Shown here: positions 1-12,676 of the stretch, in pieces
How positions within the stretch are numbered: the first letter of the stretch is position 1
Layout of the letters: each line of letters starts with the position of its first letter
DNA from: Kudoa neothunni
Lineage: Eukaryota > Animalia > Cnidaria
Direction: 5' to 3'
Assembly (NCBI GenBank): GCA_964304625.1
Contig: OZ199838.1
Coordinates: 85,948-149,947, forward strand
DNA length: 64,000 bases
Made by a program: the position numbers and the translations under genes
Notes under the pieces: generated by a model
The model's database searches: none
What the model was told of the DNA's origin: nothing
What the model saw: only the letters and a program-made list of their open reading frames with translations

Positions 1-1650
1 TGTCTTTCTTTAGCAGCCTGACCAGTGAATAATTCGCCCGTAACATCACTTCACAACGGATTACACATGAACGTAATAAAAAGATCTGGACGACCGAAAC
101 ATCGAACATAGTTCATCTCATCTTGCTTTTTTTCGTGCAAATCGCGGGGCGACCCTGTGTAACTGGATGGAAGAATACACGATTTCCCCCGCTCCATATG
201 AGTACCACCATTGCATATACTACACTACTTTCTTAAATGTATATAAGAGTCAACACGAAACTCCTTCTGATGAGCTCTAATGTAACATAATCTCTCAGAC
301 TCCAACTTAGCAAACATATCCACAGCATATTGTTGATACAATGCCTGGAAATGGTGTAATGCGTTGAAATTATTCTCTCTCATCATAAAATGAAAAACAT
401 AAAAATCTTTACATGAGACAGCTTTGTTTGTCCCAACCCAAAGAATACCAAAGTGATAACCATCTTCATCATTAATATGAATTAATGGGTATTGCAATAG
501 ATCATATGATCGATGTGTATTATGGATTCGTTAGAGTACATTCTGTTTAGTTCTCAAAACAATGTCTCTTTTCCCATGTTGTTGATCTGACATAACAACG
601 GCAACATCATTGCATAGTGGAACATTAAATCGTCTTTTGTGTTCTCCTTCGGGACGATTATCAGCGTCAATAACTATTTTAAAATCATGCATAGATTGCA
701 TTTACAACGCATATTTGAAGCTACCAATATATCTGTGATGCATATATAACTTGTGTTGCAGTTCCAGAACAATATCATATCTCAATTCGGGATATATGCT
801 CGTTCTGCTCTGAGACTGTAAATTATGATCCTCCACAGAGCACAACTGTAAGAACTTTGGTTCCTCAATGTCCGGAGATAATAGGGATCCTATTCTATGA
901 CAAATTTGGCCCCCAACTTTGAATGTGGGCATAAAACCAGGTTCACAAACGATTTCTGCCCCAAATGATGACATTTGAAATGCATTATTATATTTCCTGA
1001 TGTTTTTCAAAAAGTGTTTAGGATCATCGGTATCTCCATTTAACAAAATTCTCAATAACGACGGAGGTTCAGGTGAAACAACTAACAACACTTTCCCCCC
1101 AGAACGACATTAACCAATCGATTCGCTTTGCCATTTTTTAACAAAGCATATTAGACAGACATCGTTCATTTTTCCAATATTTATATTTTTATCGCTTGAA
1201 TAACTGGCCTGGGGACATAACTCAAAGCAGCCATATTCCATGATACACCGATTAAAATATTGTCTCTTTGATAACGTTGAACCTATATATTCTGTGATGG
1301 TTCCGTTATATTTTCATGCTGACAATTTATTTGATTTTTCTGACTCATTTGTTTTTGTTCTTCCAGGAATCTCACTACATTTTGTGGAATTGTGAGAATG
1401 CGTCGATTCTTGTTTGCTATAAGGGTTCTTTGTCCCGTTGCTCTCTACTTTGTTCTCTATCTTGAGATCTTCTAACTTGCTGACGTAATCTATTCGATTC
1501 TCACCGCGAGCTTCTTTCTTCAATGGTCTCTTTCTGTCTTCTATTGGAATTTCTTATTCTGTTTTACTCTCTTCAAACTCCCTTACCTCAAACTTATCTT
1601 AAAAAATTGTTTATTCGATTATTTTTACTTTTTGGCGTTATTTTGTTGCG
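1..1650 (-). mobile_element. Helitron RepHel transposase, N-terminal/Rep region, degenerate and cut by the window edge
   Basis: Minus-strand frames give typical Helitron motifs: IGKMNDVC..C..KKWQSE..GKV, FLKNIRKYNNAFQMSSFG, GFMPTFKVGGQICHRIGSL, RRFNVP..DVAVV, HRSYDLLQYPL, LYQQYAVDMFAKLESERLCYIR, ILPSSYTGSPR, and FGRPDLFITFMCNP. Stops and frameshifts separate the ORFs. Confidence 0.92.
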
Positions 1651-2122
1651 CATATAAATTGAAACAACTAATATTTCATCGATATTAATTTCATGTTTTG
1701 GTTAATTTTTTGATTCATAATTAGTTATGCTTCATTTATCTATCCTTTAATAATTTTCAAGTTAATTTTTAATATCTTATGACATAAAACATTATAATTT
1801 TAGACTTTGCAATTTGAAATGCTCAAAAAATAATATTTTAAGTGGCAATTAATCGGTATGACTTATGGTTCGTGTCTATACAAACACACTATAAATTTTT
1901 AGTTTAACCTTGGTCTAAACTGGGAATGCAAAACTATTGCGTTACACTCATTTAGATTCATTTAACATGCTGAAAATATTGTTCAAACAACAAATTTTAT
2001 ATCCTGTATTATAGTATCTTTGTATTTTAGTCAAATTTCACACGTTAAATAACAAATTATCTTCCTAAATTAAACAAATCCGGGAAGGAATCCTCCCCCC
2101 TCGTAAACCTGAGATTTCGCTA

Positions 2123-2408
2123 TCTATACACACTTAATTATTTTTTAAATATAAAAAACTCAACCTACGTCAGACTTTAATCTACTCTGGGAAAAAGCAA
2201 AATGCCTGAGCGTGAGCTAGGGTCTTTTTACAATGCTTTTACGTAACCATTTTTTTATATTGTAACATTTTACCAAAATATAAAGAAAATAAAAAATCGG
2301 AGGAAAGGTTCCGTTTTATCCAATGAAATGTCATAAATTACAAGAAAAATTTGGTTACGTAATAAACGTTGGGCAAGGACTCTGAGCGTAAGCCAGGGTT
2401 TGCGTTAG
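2123..2408 (+). mobile_element. Short non-autonomous Helitron-like element
   Basis: A|TCTATAC start at 2123. It ends in a GC-rich hairpin-like motif (ctctgagcgtaagccaggg) followed by TTAG|T, resembling the 3' ends at 8248 and 18168. Confidence 0.35.
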
Positions 2409-2559
2409 TGTTAAAAAAGCGAACTATATTTCGAAGTTCAAAATTATTTTCGAGATATTTTTACCATAAATCCAATTATTTATAGCCATCATTTGTATGT
2501 TAAGATGCTTATTTTTATTTTATCATTTAATTAATTTTAACGCTGTAACCGCGTTTAAT

Positions 2560-3040
2560 AAAATTTAAAAAACTACAACTATATGGAGAAAAAATTTTTC
2601 AATATTTTCCGGTTGTCTTTGACCTTTATATCACCAATTTCAATGCTTAAATTCTTCTGTGTGTCTAATAGCGGATCAATTCTGGTAGATCCAAACGTTT
2701 TCAATAATATTTGATTATGATAATGTTTTGCAGATCGCTCATGTTTATTCAAAGCGTTAGACAAGTTATTCAAATGAGAATATCCTTATTTCATACAGAT
2801 ATAGTCATTAGGCGCCTAAAATAACAGGAATGAGAAACAAACAAGTTTTTTTGTTGTAATACATCCACACAGCCATTCCTTCCCCTAGTATCGTACGCTA
2901 TGAAACCTACGAGTAATTTTCATTCCTTTCTGTTGTTTAAATTCATTAAGTTTTGGTAATGGTCTAACATTTGTTATGATTCTCAACTTTTCTCCATAGG
3001 AAGTTTCGAAAACTGTTTGAGATAAAGATTATCCATGTTT
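2560..3040 (-). mobile_element. hAT transposase fragment (ZMYM1-like/TTF zinc-finger N-terminus)
   Basis: RFHS..Y..KEWLCGC...KLVCF..LLF followed by GYSHLNNLSNALNKHERSAKH..Q..LKTFGSTRID...VKDNRKILK, the characteristic N-terminus of ZMYM1-like hAT transposases. Truncated, with stops. Confidence 0.75.
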
Positions 3041-3659
3041 GAAAGTAATATGATAAAACGAAAAAACAATTCAACAGAACCAAAATAGGGATTCGGAATA
3101 ATTTATGTGTAACTCACATTTTCTCTGAATTATTACCTAATTCGATCACTTTGGAGACATTTCTTAAGATTTTAATATTTAATAATTCAAAAAATAACTA
3201 GAATTTCATGTATGAGAGGTGCAAATCGGTTCCCGTTACGGCGTGTTGTCACGTGTCTCTAGTAGGTATGCAGAATTTAGTCTGTATACCATGGCTAGTA
3301 CAAAAAATAGAGACACGCGAAATCGCACCTCACTAGCCAGTTACGCGCATCTAGGTGTGTTTTATACAGGGGTCCGGAGGCAGCCGTGACCTCTGCCTAC
3401 CTTGACCTGAATATTTAAAAAATTTTTATTCGTCTCTATTGGAAGTTGGCAAATCAGGCTTCGCGGGCCTTAATTTGCCAATGCATCACACACCTGGACC
3501 CATGAAAATTTCTCCATGTCGAGTCACTTTGGACAATTATTGATTCCGATTTTATTAATTTTGACTAATATTCTACTTATATTGATTCTGATTTATATAT
3601 TCAAACTGATACTGAGGTAGATGCAAATAATTTTCCTATTTACGTGCTTCATTAATACA

Positions 3660-4640
3660 CACATTATTTATTTTCGAATTGGTGTTATCCTATTAATTCT
3701 CATGTTACACCCTGTAATGCAATTACAAAAATTTTCCCACCCAACATATTCCAGGGTATGCAATGCGTACCTTGTATACCCGGACGACAAATGCCTGAGC
3801 TCAGCCATTCCGCAGCATAAAGACGAAATGTAATGTAACAGTTCATTGATTGATTGAGAGAATTTTAGTTGTTTAACAGTAACGTTGTTGATTAAGGTGT
3901 GGCAGTTAGGGCATATTGATTTCTTTACTATGTTTCCAACTCTCGTTATCGACCACACTCATGAGTTCTGGGCAGATACGCATGCGATAACATGTATCAT
4001 GTAAACCATATCTCTTCATAAGATAGCGCTGATAATGGCATAAAGATATAAATGAGAAGCGGCACTTAACGGGTTTCAATTAATTTTCGAAGAATATATA
4101 AATATTTTACATATTCTTTTTCTATTTTTCCTTTCACATCTTGACAAACATAATCAGCTACAACTCCGCCTATTTCCGTATTCCCAGTAGCTGTATTCCA
4201 AAACGTAGATAACTATAAAATCAGCCGTTTACCAAGCTAAACTACCAGTATTATAAGTGTACCAGGCACATTATGCATTGAGGATAATCACCTTTCATAT
4301 CAATCACTATGATTTTAATGAGTTCAAATAATTAATATTCAGAGATGACTTTTTACCCTCGTTTTCTTTACAGTGAACTTCGAGCATGCAAACGTATTGT
4401 GGAATCATTATTTCAGCTAATTGTTTGTCGGCATGCTTCATTGTTTCGTCAACACTTACAAGGCACTACAGATACGTGTTAGCTAGTTTTACTCCAAAAA
4501 AATAATTATTTACTCCTATTTTTCTTGTAATGCAAATATAGGTTACTATCTTGAAAAAGGCTGATCGATAATTATTCCTTAGTTCAGTTGAATAAGCCTC
4601 TGGTGACATCTTTGTTGGACTTACACTTCATTAAATTTAT
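3660..4640 (-). mobile_element. Possible heavily decayed LTR-retrotransposon (gag-protease-RT start) remnant
   Basis: Minus-strand fragments in gag-pro-RT order: SPEAYSTELRNNYRSAF (gag-like), NTGS...TEIGGV (aspartic-protease-like) and EWLSSGICRP (start of Gypsy RT-like). Many stops, and no LTRs seen. Confidence 0.3.
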
Positions 4641-6130
4641 ATAGAAAATCGTTAAAAAGTTAAATTATTAGGAGTTATCTGTTTTGCTGATTGCGCGTCC
4701 TCCACTCAAAAAAATAAATATTCGATCTTTATCATTTCTTTAAAAATATCTGTTTAAATGCAGAATATAAATTTATTTTCATCAAACCATGAGCTTTTTT
4801 ATATAGGGCAAATTTTTCCACATAAAATCCAAATAAAAACGCAATAGAGTATAACTATTTAGTCAATGAATATTTTAAAATGTTTATAATAAAATACATA
4901 TTCCTACAAAATGATTTATGCATCACTGAAATATAATCAAATATTGAATATTCAACTTTTTAAAATATTAATAATTGGTATTTTGTAATTTCACATAAAA
5001 TTATAATTTAATCCAATATATTTACATTGTTGTTATATCATTATCATCATAATAAAAAATTCCTTTTTTCTCAAACATATAGCTCTTTGTAATACACCTA
5101 TTAATTAACCCTTCAACTTCACTTCTGCTGACATTTTTATTCCTATAATTTTGTGAATATCTACATCTTTGGTCATTTGAATTAATGATAGGTAATATTC
5201 CTAGTTCTATCTCCTATTACAAATTTATCTGTCATATAAATCCATATTCATTTTCTTTCTAATCGAGATAATATGCCTACATGATAACTTCATGCCTATG
5301 TATTAGCAACATATGCAACTATTGGAATAAGATTCTATTTAATTATTAATTTCGATATACGTAACATATTTTACTATAACGTTAATGATGTGTTGTATCT
5401 TTTGTTAGTGTATAAGTTTACCCTTTCAATAGTTTGAATTGTCAGCTCTCTAACTGCTTTACTCTCCCGCTCAGTTCTCATACTTGGTAAATAAATAAGA
5501 AAATAACCGATAAAACTCACCGTGTTAAGAATTTTATTATGATTTCCTTAATCTTGAAAGCTATGCTATGCATTTTAACCGTCATTAATCATATTTTAAA
5601 AGATCCCCTTTAGTTTCATGTATGCTGGACATCGTTCATGTTTGGTTGGATTCCATGACTTATTATAGTAATTAATGAATTTTGTTACATCTCATATTTA
5701 ATATTTCATGTTTTTGTTTATAAATTGTTAGATCATCATTAAAAGTTAAATTTTGAATCAGTTCCAAAGTAGTTTTTCCATCAATTTTTTTATTACCATC
5801 ATTAGTTTAGAAATTTTTCCCACGAAAATTCTTACGACATGATGCGGACATATGATTGTGTAACAATGGGGAACGAGATTCAACAGATTTTCTTTCAATC
5901 ACGTCTTTGTATATTATAAAAAACTGTTTTGGTCGATATTTCTTCATTACGTTTAAGTAGAGATTGATATAACCAATTCACAATTACGGTATTCTCAGAT
6001 AAAAGAGCAATACCCCCTATTTGATTATGTCCAAGGGGATCGAAAAACAACCATATGCAGTACCATACGTTTGTTGATTAATTTATATGTGGTATCCATA
6101 AATATTATTTCGGGGAATTTTTTAGTCACA

Positions 6131-8248
6131 TCTATATTTCCTCCTTCCTAATATATAAAGTCGTAGTGTCATGTGTCTGTCTGTCTGTCAGTGTGTGTTC
6201 GCGAATTCATATTCTTATAGGAAAACGTTTTCCGATATTTAATAATATATTTATACTTTAAAAAATATAACCGAACTTTCTGATTGCTTATAAAGTGATG
6301 AATTGGTAGTGTAAACTTTTTGCATACCGATTAGTGCTAATGATAATAGGATTATCACTACACGTGATTTATCAACGAATTCAGTCATAAGTGTGGTTAC
6401 ATTGAATTGTCCACTACTAAATTCAACCGTAACGTAATAATTTTACTTTTCTACACTTAGAACATAGTTAACACATTCTATAGTGCTTTTGCTTACGTAG
6501 ACCGGGTAAATAATCACGTGTCCTTCATGTCGGAGATTAATTCATGTGGAACAATTATTCACATTTCATTTTTAGTTCTTGCAAAAAAGTGTTCATTATT
6601 TTTTATATATTTTTAAATTGAAGTTAACATGCATTTATTATGTGCAACGTTGTTAAAAAAAATCAGATTAATTGGTTTATCACGGGATGGTTGATGTGAA
6701 TAATACGCCACACAAATAGAAATAACTTTAGATTTCTAATGAAGGTTTAATCAAGAAGAAATTGAAGACGATCGGATTATTACTGTATATTTTGATTAAT
6801 ATTCAAGTCAAAAGAAATGTATTGTGATTAAAATTTATGTTTAATACCTCAATTCAAGGGTAAATTAATAGATAAACGTATTATTTTTCTTTTTAAATTT
6901 TCAAACTTAGATATGTTCACTTTAGAGAGAAACCGGGTATTTCGATGCGAATAATATTTTATTTTACTTTACACGATCGCCCAAGGGTGATATAAAGAAA
7001 TTATGAGTTCATATTATTAAGCCAGGGATTATATATAATTATATATATGGATCAATTTTTTTCATTTCTCAAGATATTTCTTCTTAATTTAAATATGCCT
7101 ACTCCTGGACAAATTCGGGTTTTTCGCGCTAATATATACATGAAGTTCTTATGTTTGTCAGTGTATGTGTTTGCGGCGGTTCGTATGTGACATGGGGAAA
7201 CATTCTTTAAATACAGCTTTCAGTTTGCATTTGAATACATGATACTGTTAATAAAACCCGTTCATTTACTTAGAAATATAAATATAATCAATACTGCAGT
7301 CAGAAGTAAGGGATTTCTGGTTGTCTACATCAATTAACAGATTAAAAAGTACCTGCATAATATTGGTGTTTGTTTATTCGAGTTAGCCGATTTAGTCGAT
7401 ATTTTTACAAAGTTCCCGTTAACCTGAGAGTAATTAAATAAAATAATTATTCCGATAATATCAAATAGTACGTTTATTTTTAAAAAAGAGCAATCCTAAG
7501 AGAAAAAAAATGATATTCAAACATTACTGTAATTTTTCAAACCAAAAGCACCTTACCATTTTAGATTTAATCATATTTTATTGATTCAATTGTATTATTT
7601 TTAATTGAACAATAATTATTTGAAGAAAGGTTACGTTTATATAAAAACCGAAAAATAATGTTACAAGAATGAATGTATAATTTTGCGCCCACAAATTATT
7701 AAAACCTGATTAACAGCCTTTATAATATTATGAGATAGGGGTAACAATATTTTTATTTCACAAGCATTTTAGGTTGATTTTATTTTTGTTTCTTAACATT
7801 TGTAGACTAATAATAAGTTTAACCATTAGAAGAATTAATATTTATCGCCAAATTTTGAAAGAGTTAAGAGTCCTATCTTGAATTATTTAATAGCTTTAAT
7901 AATAAGTAAATAAATATTAATCGTTAATTACATTTCTCATAAAATTATAATCATCGTATTTTTGGTTAATAATTTGTATAATAGAATTAAAAATATTCAT
8001 AAACTTTCTCTCAATACCTCCATTTACATTTTGCTGAAAAGTGCATGCATATTTTGGTGTATGTAAATCACCACGGTGCAAAAATAATGCTAAACTATAT
8101 AATGCGTAAATAATGATCGAGACAAACATTATAGGGTTTAACGTACCATTTAAATTAATTTTACTGTAGAATTTCTCCATTAAAAAAAAAATTAAAAGTT
8201 AAAATTTTCCAATACACAGTACCAGGAAAAGCTGAGTATTAACGCTAG
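6131..8248 (+). mobile_element. Tandem non-autonomous Helitrons (units ~6131-7132 and ~7133-8248)
   Basis: A|TCTATAT start with a (TGTC)n microsatellite near the 5' end. An internal hairpin+CTAA end lies at ~7132 and a final end accaggaaaagctgagtattaacgCTAG|T at 8248. The second unit aligns by eye with 12677-12722 plus 16298-18075. Confidence 0.65.
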
Positions 8249-8441
8249 TTTATTATATAACGTCTTGGAATTAATTATCAATTTTTCCATATTTTTACAT
8301 GGTTAAGAATTTTTTGTTGAATTATACAATTCCGTAATATCAGTCCTAATAATTTTTTAAATTGTCATCATAAAATTAATATTTTTTATAAGATTTTCAT
8401 ATTTTTATTAAACTTTCTATTAATGTTAAAAAATTCGTTAA

Positions 8442-10265
8442 CACTCGTACGTAAGCCCCAAAAAATCACACTACTGCACAAACTGGGTCCAATGGACACA
8501 GTCGGTAAAATTGGATTTAACGCTCGCCATCTGATTATAAATATGCCATAAATATAAAAGAAAATTTCTTATTGGTTTATTTTTAATATCATGTTAATAA
8601 TTTATCGCAAAGCTGTAAAAAACAAGATATAACACGACGCCAGCCTTAGTTTGGTAATAGTAATGTACTATTGGGGGCTTCCCATCTTCCACAATGTTAT
8701 TGTCATTGTGTAGAGAACTGAGAAGCAAAACAGACTTATTTGGATTTTTACAGAACTTAACAAGAGTGATTTTATCATGAAAAAGAAACTGAGATTCAAC
8801 TTCTTTTTTATTCCGTTTAAAGCATGTAGGTTAAAATTTGCGTGACTTTCTCACAGTTCCAACTAGGGCTGTTTTACGGCCTCGTTAATATTTGCCAGGT
8901 TTAAACTCGTGAAAAAATTGTCAGTAGTTATAGTTCTACCTTTATATAGATTCTAGATATAGGTTTGCGAATTCTCTGACAACTCGTTCCTCTTGATATA
9001 CCTCGGGACCATTTGATGCTCTTCCTGTATAAATTTGAGCATTACGTAAGTAAGCATTTTCGGCATCTGCCAAGACCCAAGTTTTGATGCCATATTTTCT
9101 GGGTTTACTCGGTATATAAGTTTTAAAATTCACACGACCCCTTGTTGTGCAAAGCTGTTCATTCACTGTTAATTGCTCTGATAGTATGTAGTTATTTCGG
9201 CAATTATTGATAAATGAATCCCATAAGAAACTAATTAATTGGTGAGTCTTTTCTCTGAAGGTCACGCTCTACGCGGTCATCAAAACGAATATTTTCAGAG
9301 ATAATTCTACGAAAATATTCGTTATGATATTCCTATAAAATATATAAACGTTATTCCCACATATTTATATTTAAATTTTATTGAAGATGATTATTTTTAT
9401 CTAAAAACGGTAAACTTTTTTCATTATTCCATAACTCTTGTAATGAAGAGTTTTTGTTTTTCATTATTCCAAGATATAAATTAGCACCTATCCATTTTCA
9501 AACATCAGAATCGTTAATTTTTATTTTATTGTTTCTCTTTTCCATAAATGTGTTTGTCGAAATTGTTAATTTTGAAATAATATCATCTCCAATAAAACTT
9601 TTGAATGAAGTCAATGGAGAAAATATTCTTCCCTAATTTTATTTGGGATTCTAGCTTTATAATTTGGTAAAATATTGTGGTTACGTGTTCTTACCACCTT
9701 AGTTGATATTTTTGACTCCCATTTAATTAATTTGTCTCTTGAGAACTGAGTTTCCTCTTGAGATTGTTCAATATCAGAAATATTCTCCAAATAATTTGAA
9801 ACTGGTTCCTCTATTATGTTACCTATTTCTTCGTCAGAAGACAGATTCTCATCTATGTTAGAATATTCTGAGTTTTATATAATCATTATTATCGCATCAT
9901 CAAGGGTTAATATTCTACATGGATTAGCAGCTATACGAGGGCGATAAAAGATTAATTTGTTACTATCCTTGGTAATAACTATTCCTAGATATTTCAGCGT
10001 AGGAAACTCTAATTTTATTTATAAAAAATTATACTATATTTAAAATTATTAGAAGTTACGGTAAAGTATGCAACAACTTATAATTTTTAAACATGGCTCA
10101 AAATAAACAAACAAACAAACAAACGAAGATGCAATTATTTAGAGATATTTTATTTCGTTAAAGTTAAATCTGGATTATTAGATTTTTTTATTAAATATAT
10201 TTAGTTGTTTAATTTGTTTTTAATTATTTAACGGTGTTATTAAACCCAGAATGTATGTACAAGTG
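8442..10265 (-). mobile_element. piggyBac transposon, degenerate
   Basis: TTAA on both sides, with TIRs cactcgtacgta / cacttgtacata (10/12). The ORF has LTVNEQL..RGRVNFKTYIPSKPRKYGIKTW, then ITTDNFFTS..LVGTVRK and KSVLLLSSLH. Confidence 0.92.
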
Positions 10266-12676
10266 TTAAACGCTCATTTCAGTTTCAGCTGAAAGTCCCA
10301 ATTATCTAAGAATTTGATTGCCTATGTTTTTGGAAACTCGCAGTGTAATGAAAATATTGCATCCTCATGTACATATATTGAGTTTTCTCTTTCTTATATT
10401 TTTAGATTGTATCCAAATTCAAATTAATTACTATCACATGTTTATAGACATTTATATTTTTATCACTATGGGAACAGAAAAAGTTTACTAGCAATAAATA
10501 AGATAAGAATTCGTGTCTCAATAAAATTTTTAGGGCAGTTTTAATTTTTATAGAATCTCGGTTTCGGCAACAAAACTTTTTATTTTTTACACATATCAAT
10601 GAATTATTTAACTTTTTATAAGTGTGGAAATGAATCTCTGAACTTTGGTTCCGATATAGTTTCCTAAAAAATTAGTGTTTCAACAGACTCTCCCTCCAGA
10701 ATGATTCAACTCGATGCTATCGACGTTACAACTGTACTCAACGGATTATTATACTCATTTGCAATGCTATGCAACATCAATTAGCTTTATTAGGGAAATA
10801 TTTTCTGATTTCTCGAAAACTTAAAGTATTTTTAATCCTAATTATTAATTAAAAGATAAGCGAAACTAAATTTGTATTTTGCATATATAGAAGATATTTA
10901 TCTAAGAAATGATAAGATTGAATTATTATTTTAGTAGAGAAAGCGCGTCTGCAAAATAGGCACAGTCAAATTTTTAGCCTACTTGTATGCGACTTCTTCC
11001 ACAGTCTTCGTCATTATGGCGACTGCAAAGAGCACACATCCCAGTATCCATACTAAACGATGTTAATACAACTATATATGTCTATTAACTTTACCATTGT
11101 GAAGTTTTGTTAGCATTACCTTCTAGCTCAAGTTAACTCAATCAGATTACTTATATTATCAATAATTCTAGGTTTTTAAACCAGATTAATTTAATCTTTT
11201 CAATCATTTCTTAACGATTAAGAGGTTGATCAGTATTTGTTATTATTGGTGAAACTTTTATTTCGACGATAAAAATTGCGTTAGTTAATAATAAGTAGCA
11301 ATATGATTATGTATTATATTTTATATACACGAGGTTATTGTATTCGTGTATTAAAAGTGAACCTATATTTTTATATTTTAGGTTCATTATTCTTTGGCAT
11401 AAGGTGTTCATTTATTGATGACATCGGAAAATTAGAGTGATTGCGAGTATTACTTAAAATCAATTATTTTTGTATTTATTCTGACTTTAATTGTATTAAA
11501 ATTAAAATTTACAGTCGTTATTACATGATAACTTCATTAATAATTTTGTTTTAGTTATAATTAGCGATAGTAACTGCTATAATTTCAAAGCAGTGACCTA
11601 ATTACAAATAACAACTTGTAATTTTCGCGATATTAGTAATCCTTATATCCCAAGTAATTTTTAAAAGGTAATAAATATTTTTTAATCATTATAAACCATC
11701 AATATTAAAAAGAATATATTAAATTATTTATTCAAATGTTCTTTACGATATCAGTTGACAGTTTGGAAACATCCATTGTTTGGAGACTTCCCCGTTTATG
11801 AACCCCTCCAAAGTTAGCGCTACACTACTCAAATCAATTCTGCACAACCTCGCAAATACGATAACGATGTGTAACACCCTCTAGTAAATCCTAAATAAAG
11901 CTTTGCACTCAATCCAAATAAAAAATACATGGTATGAGAAGGAACAGACAGTTGTGAGGCTAAACCAGTTATTATCCCTATTTTTAAATTTAAGGTATTG
12001 TTATAGAAAACTTTAATTTATAATAATTCAAAAGATTTTATTTATGAGCCGTCTAATCCTTTCTAATCAATTATTGATTTCGAACTCTGTGTATTCTAGG
12101 TATATGTGTTGCTTTCGATACACTGAATTTGGCTGTAGAAATGAACCGCTCATTCGTAATCCTCTTGAGACCGCACAAAGATACGAAATAATTAGTTAAA
12201 TTGATTAGTTCGTAATTTTCTTATCATACAAAAACGAATAATACGTTCATTATTTAAACTTAAAGGTTTAAGATTTATTAAGTTTCGTCTTCAAGTAATC
12301 CCTTGTATTGAACTGTCCTTTAAATAAATATAATAAAGTATTTTTAATAACTAACAAATTTTGATGCTAAAAATGCTCAAATAATATGAAATTATTTTTA
12401 TCAACATTATTACGGAATTAAGTTTTCATTAATAAACATCCACCGAAATAAATTTTATTAATAGACTTTTTGGTACAATGATACATGTTGTGTTTTCATT
12501 TTTTTGTTAATTATCACTGTTAAGCCCAGTTTAGGAATCAGTTTATCAAATGATGATCAATAATTGCATTTAATAAAAGAAGTATTTAAACCGAAAAAAT
12601 TAATAATACTAAAAATAGTTATATTGCTTAATGTAAGAAAAAATGTAAATGAAAATATTTTATGTGTATGGAGAAA

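Larger units (their letters stand above)
5090..10620 (-). mobile_element. Mutator-like (MULE) transposase with SWIM finger (ZSWIM1/3-type), interrupted by nested elements
   Basis: 5090-6130 encodes FPEIIFMDTTYKL..DPLGHNQIG, ICPHHVVRIF, YYNKSWNPTK and a SWIM finger SCICC.YIRHELSCRHII. 8250-8440 gives YGKI..FQDV. 10270-10600 gives RDSIKIKTA..FFCSHS..GCNIFITLRVS (N-terminal WRKY-like domain). Boundaries are approximate and TIRs were not found. Confidence 0.8.

Noticed and set aside
3215-3500. GC-richer, partly self-complementary segment considered as an ncRNA or tRNA
   Set aside because: No cloverleaf or known RNA motif. It lies between two TE fragments and is more likely subterminal TE sequence.
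10650-12560. GC-richer patches that may be old TE or exon remnants
   Set aside because: No recognisable motif, termini or consistent splice pattern.
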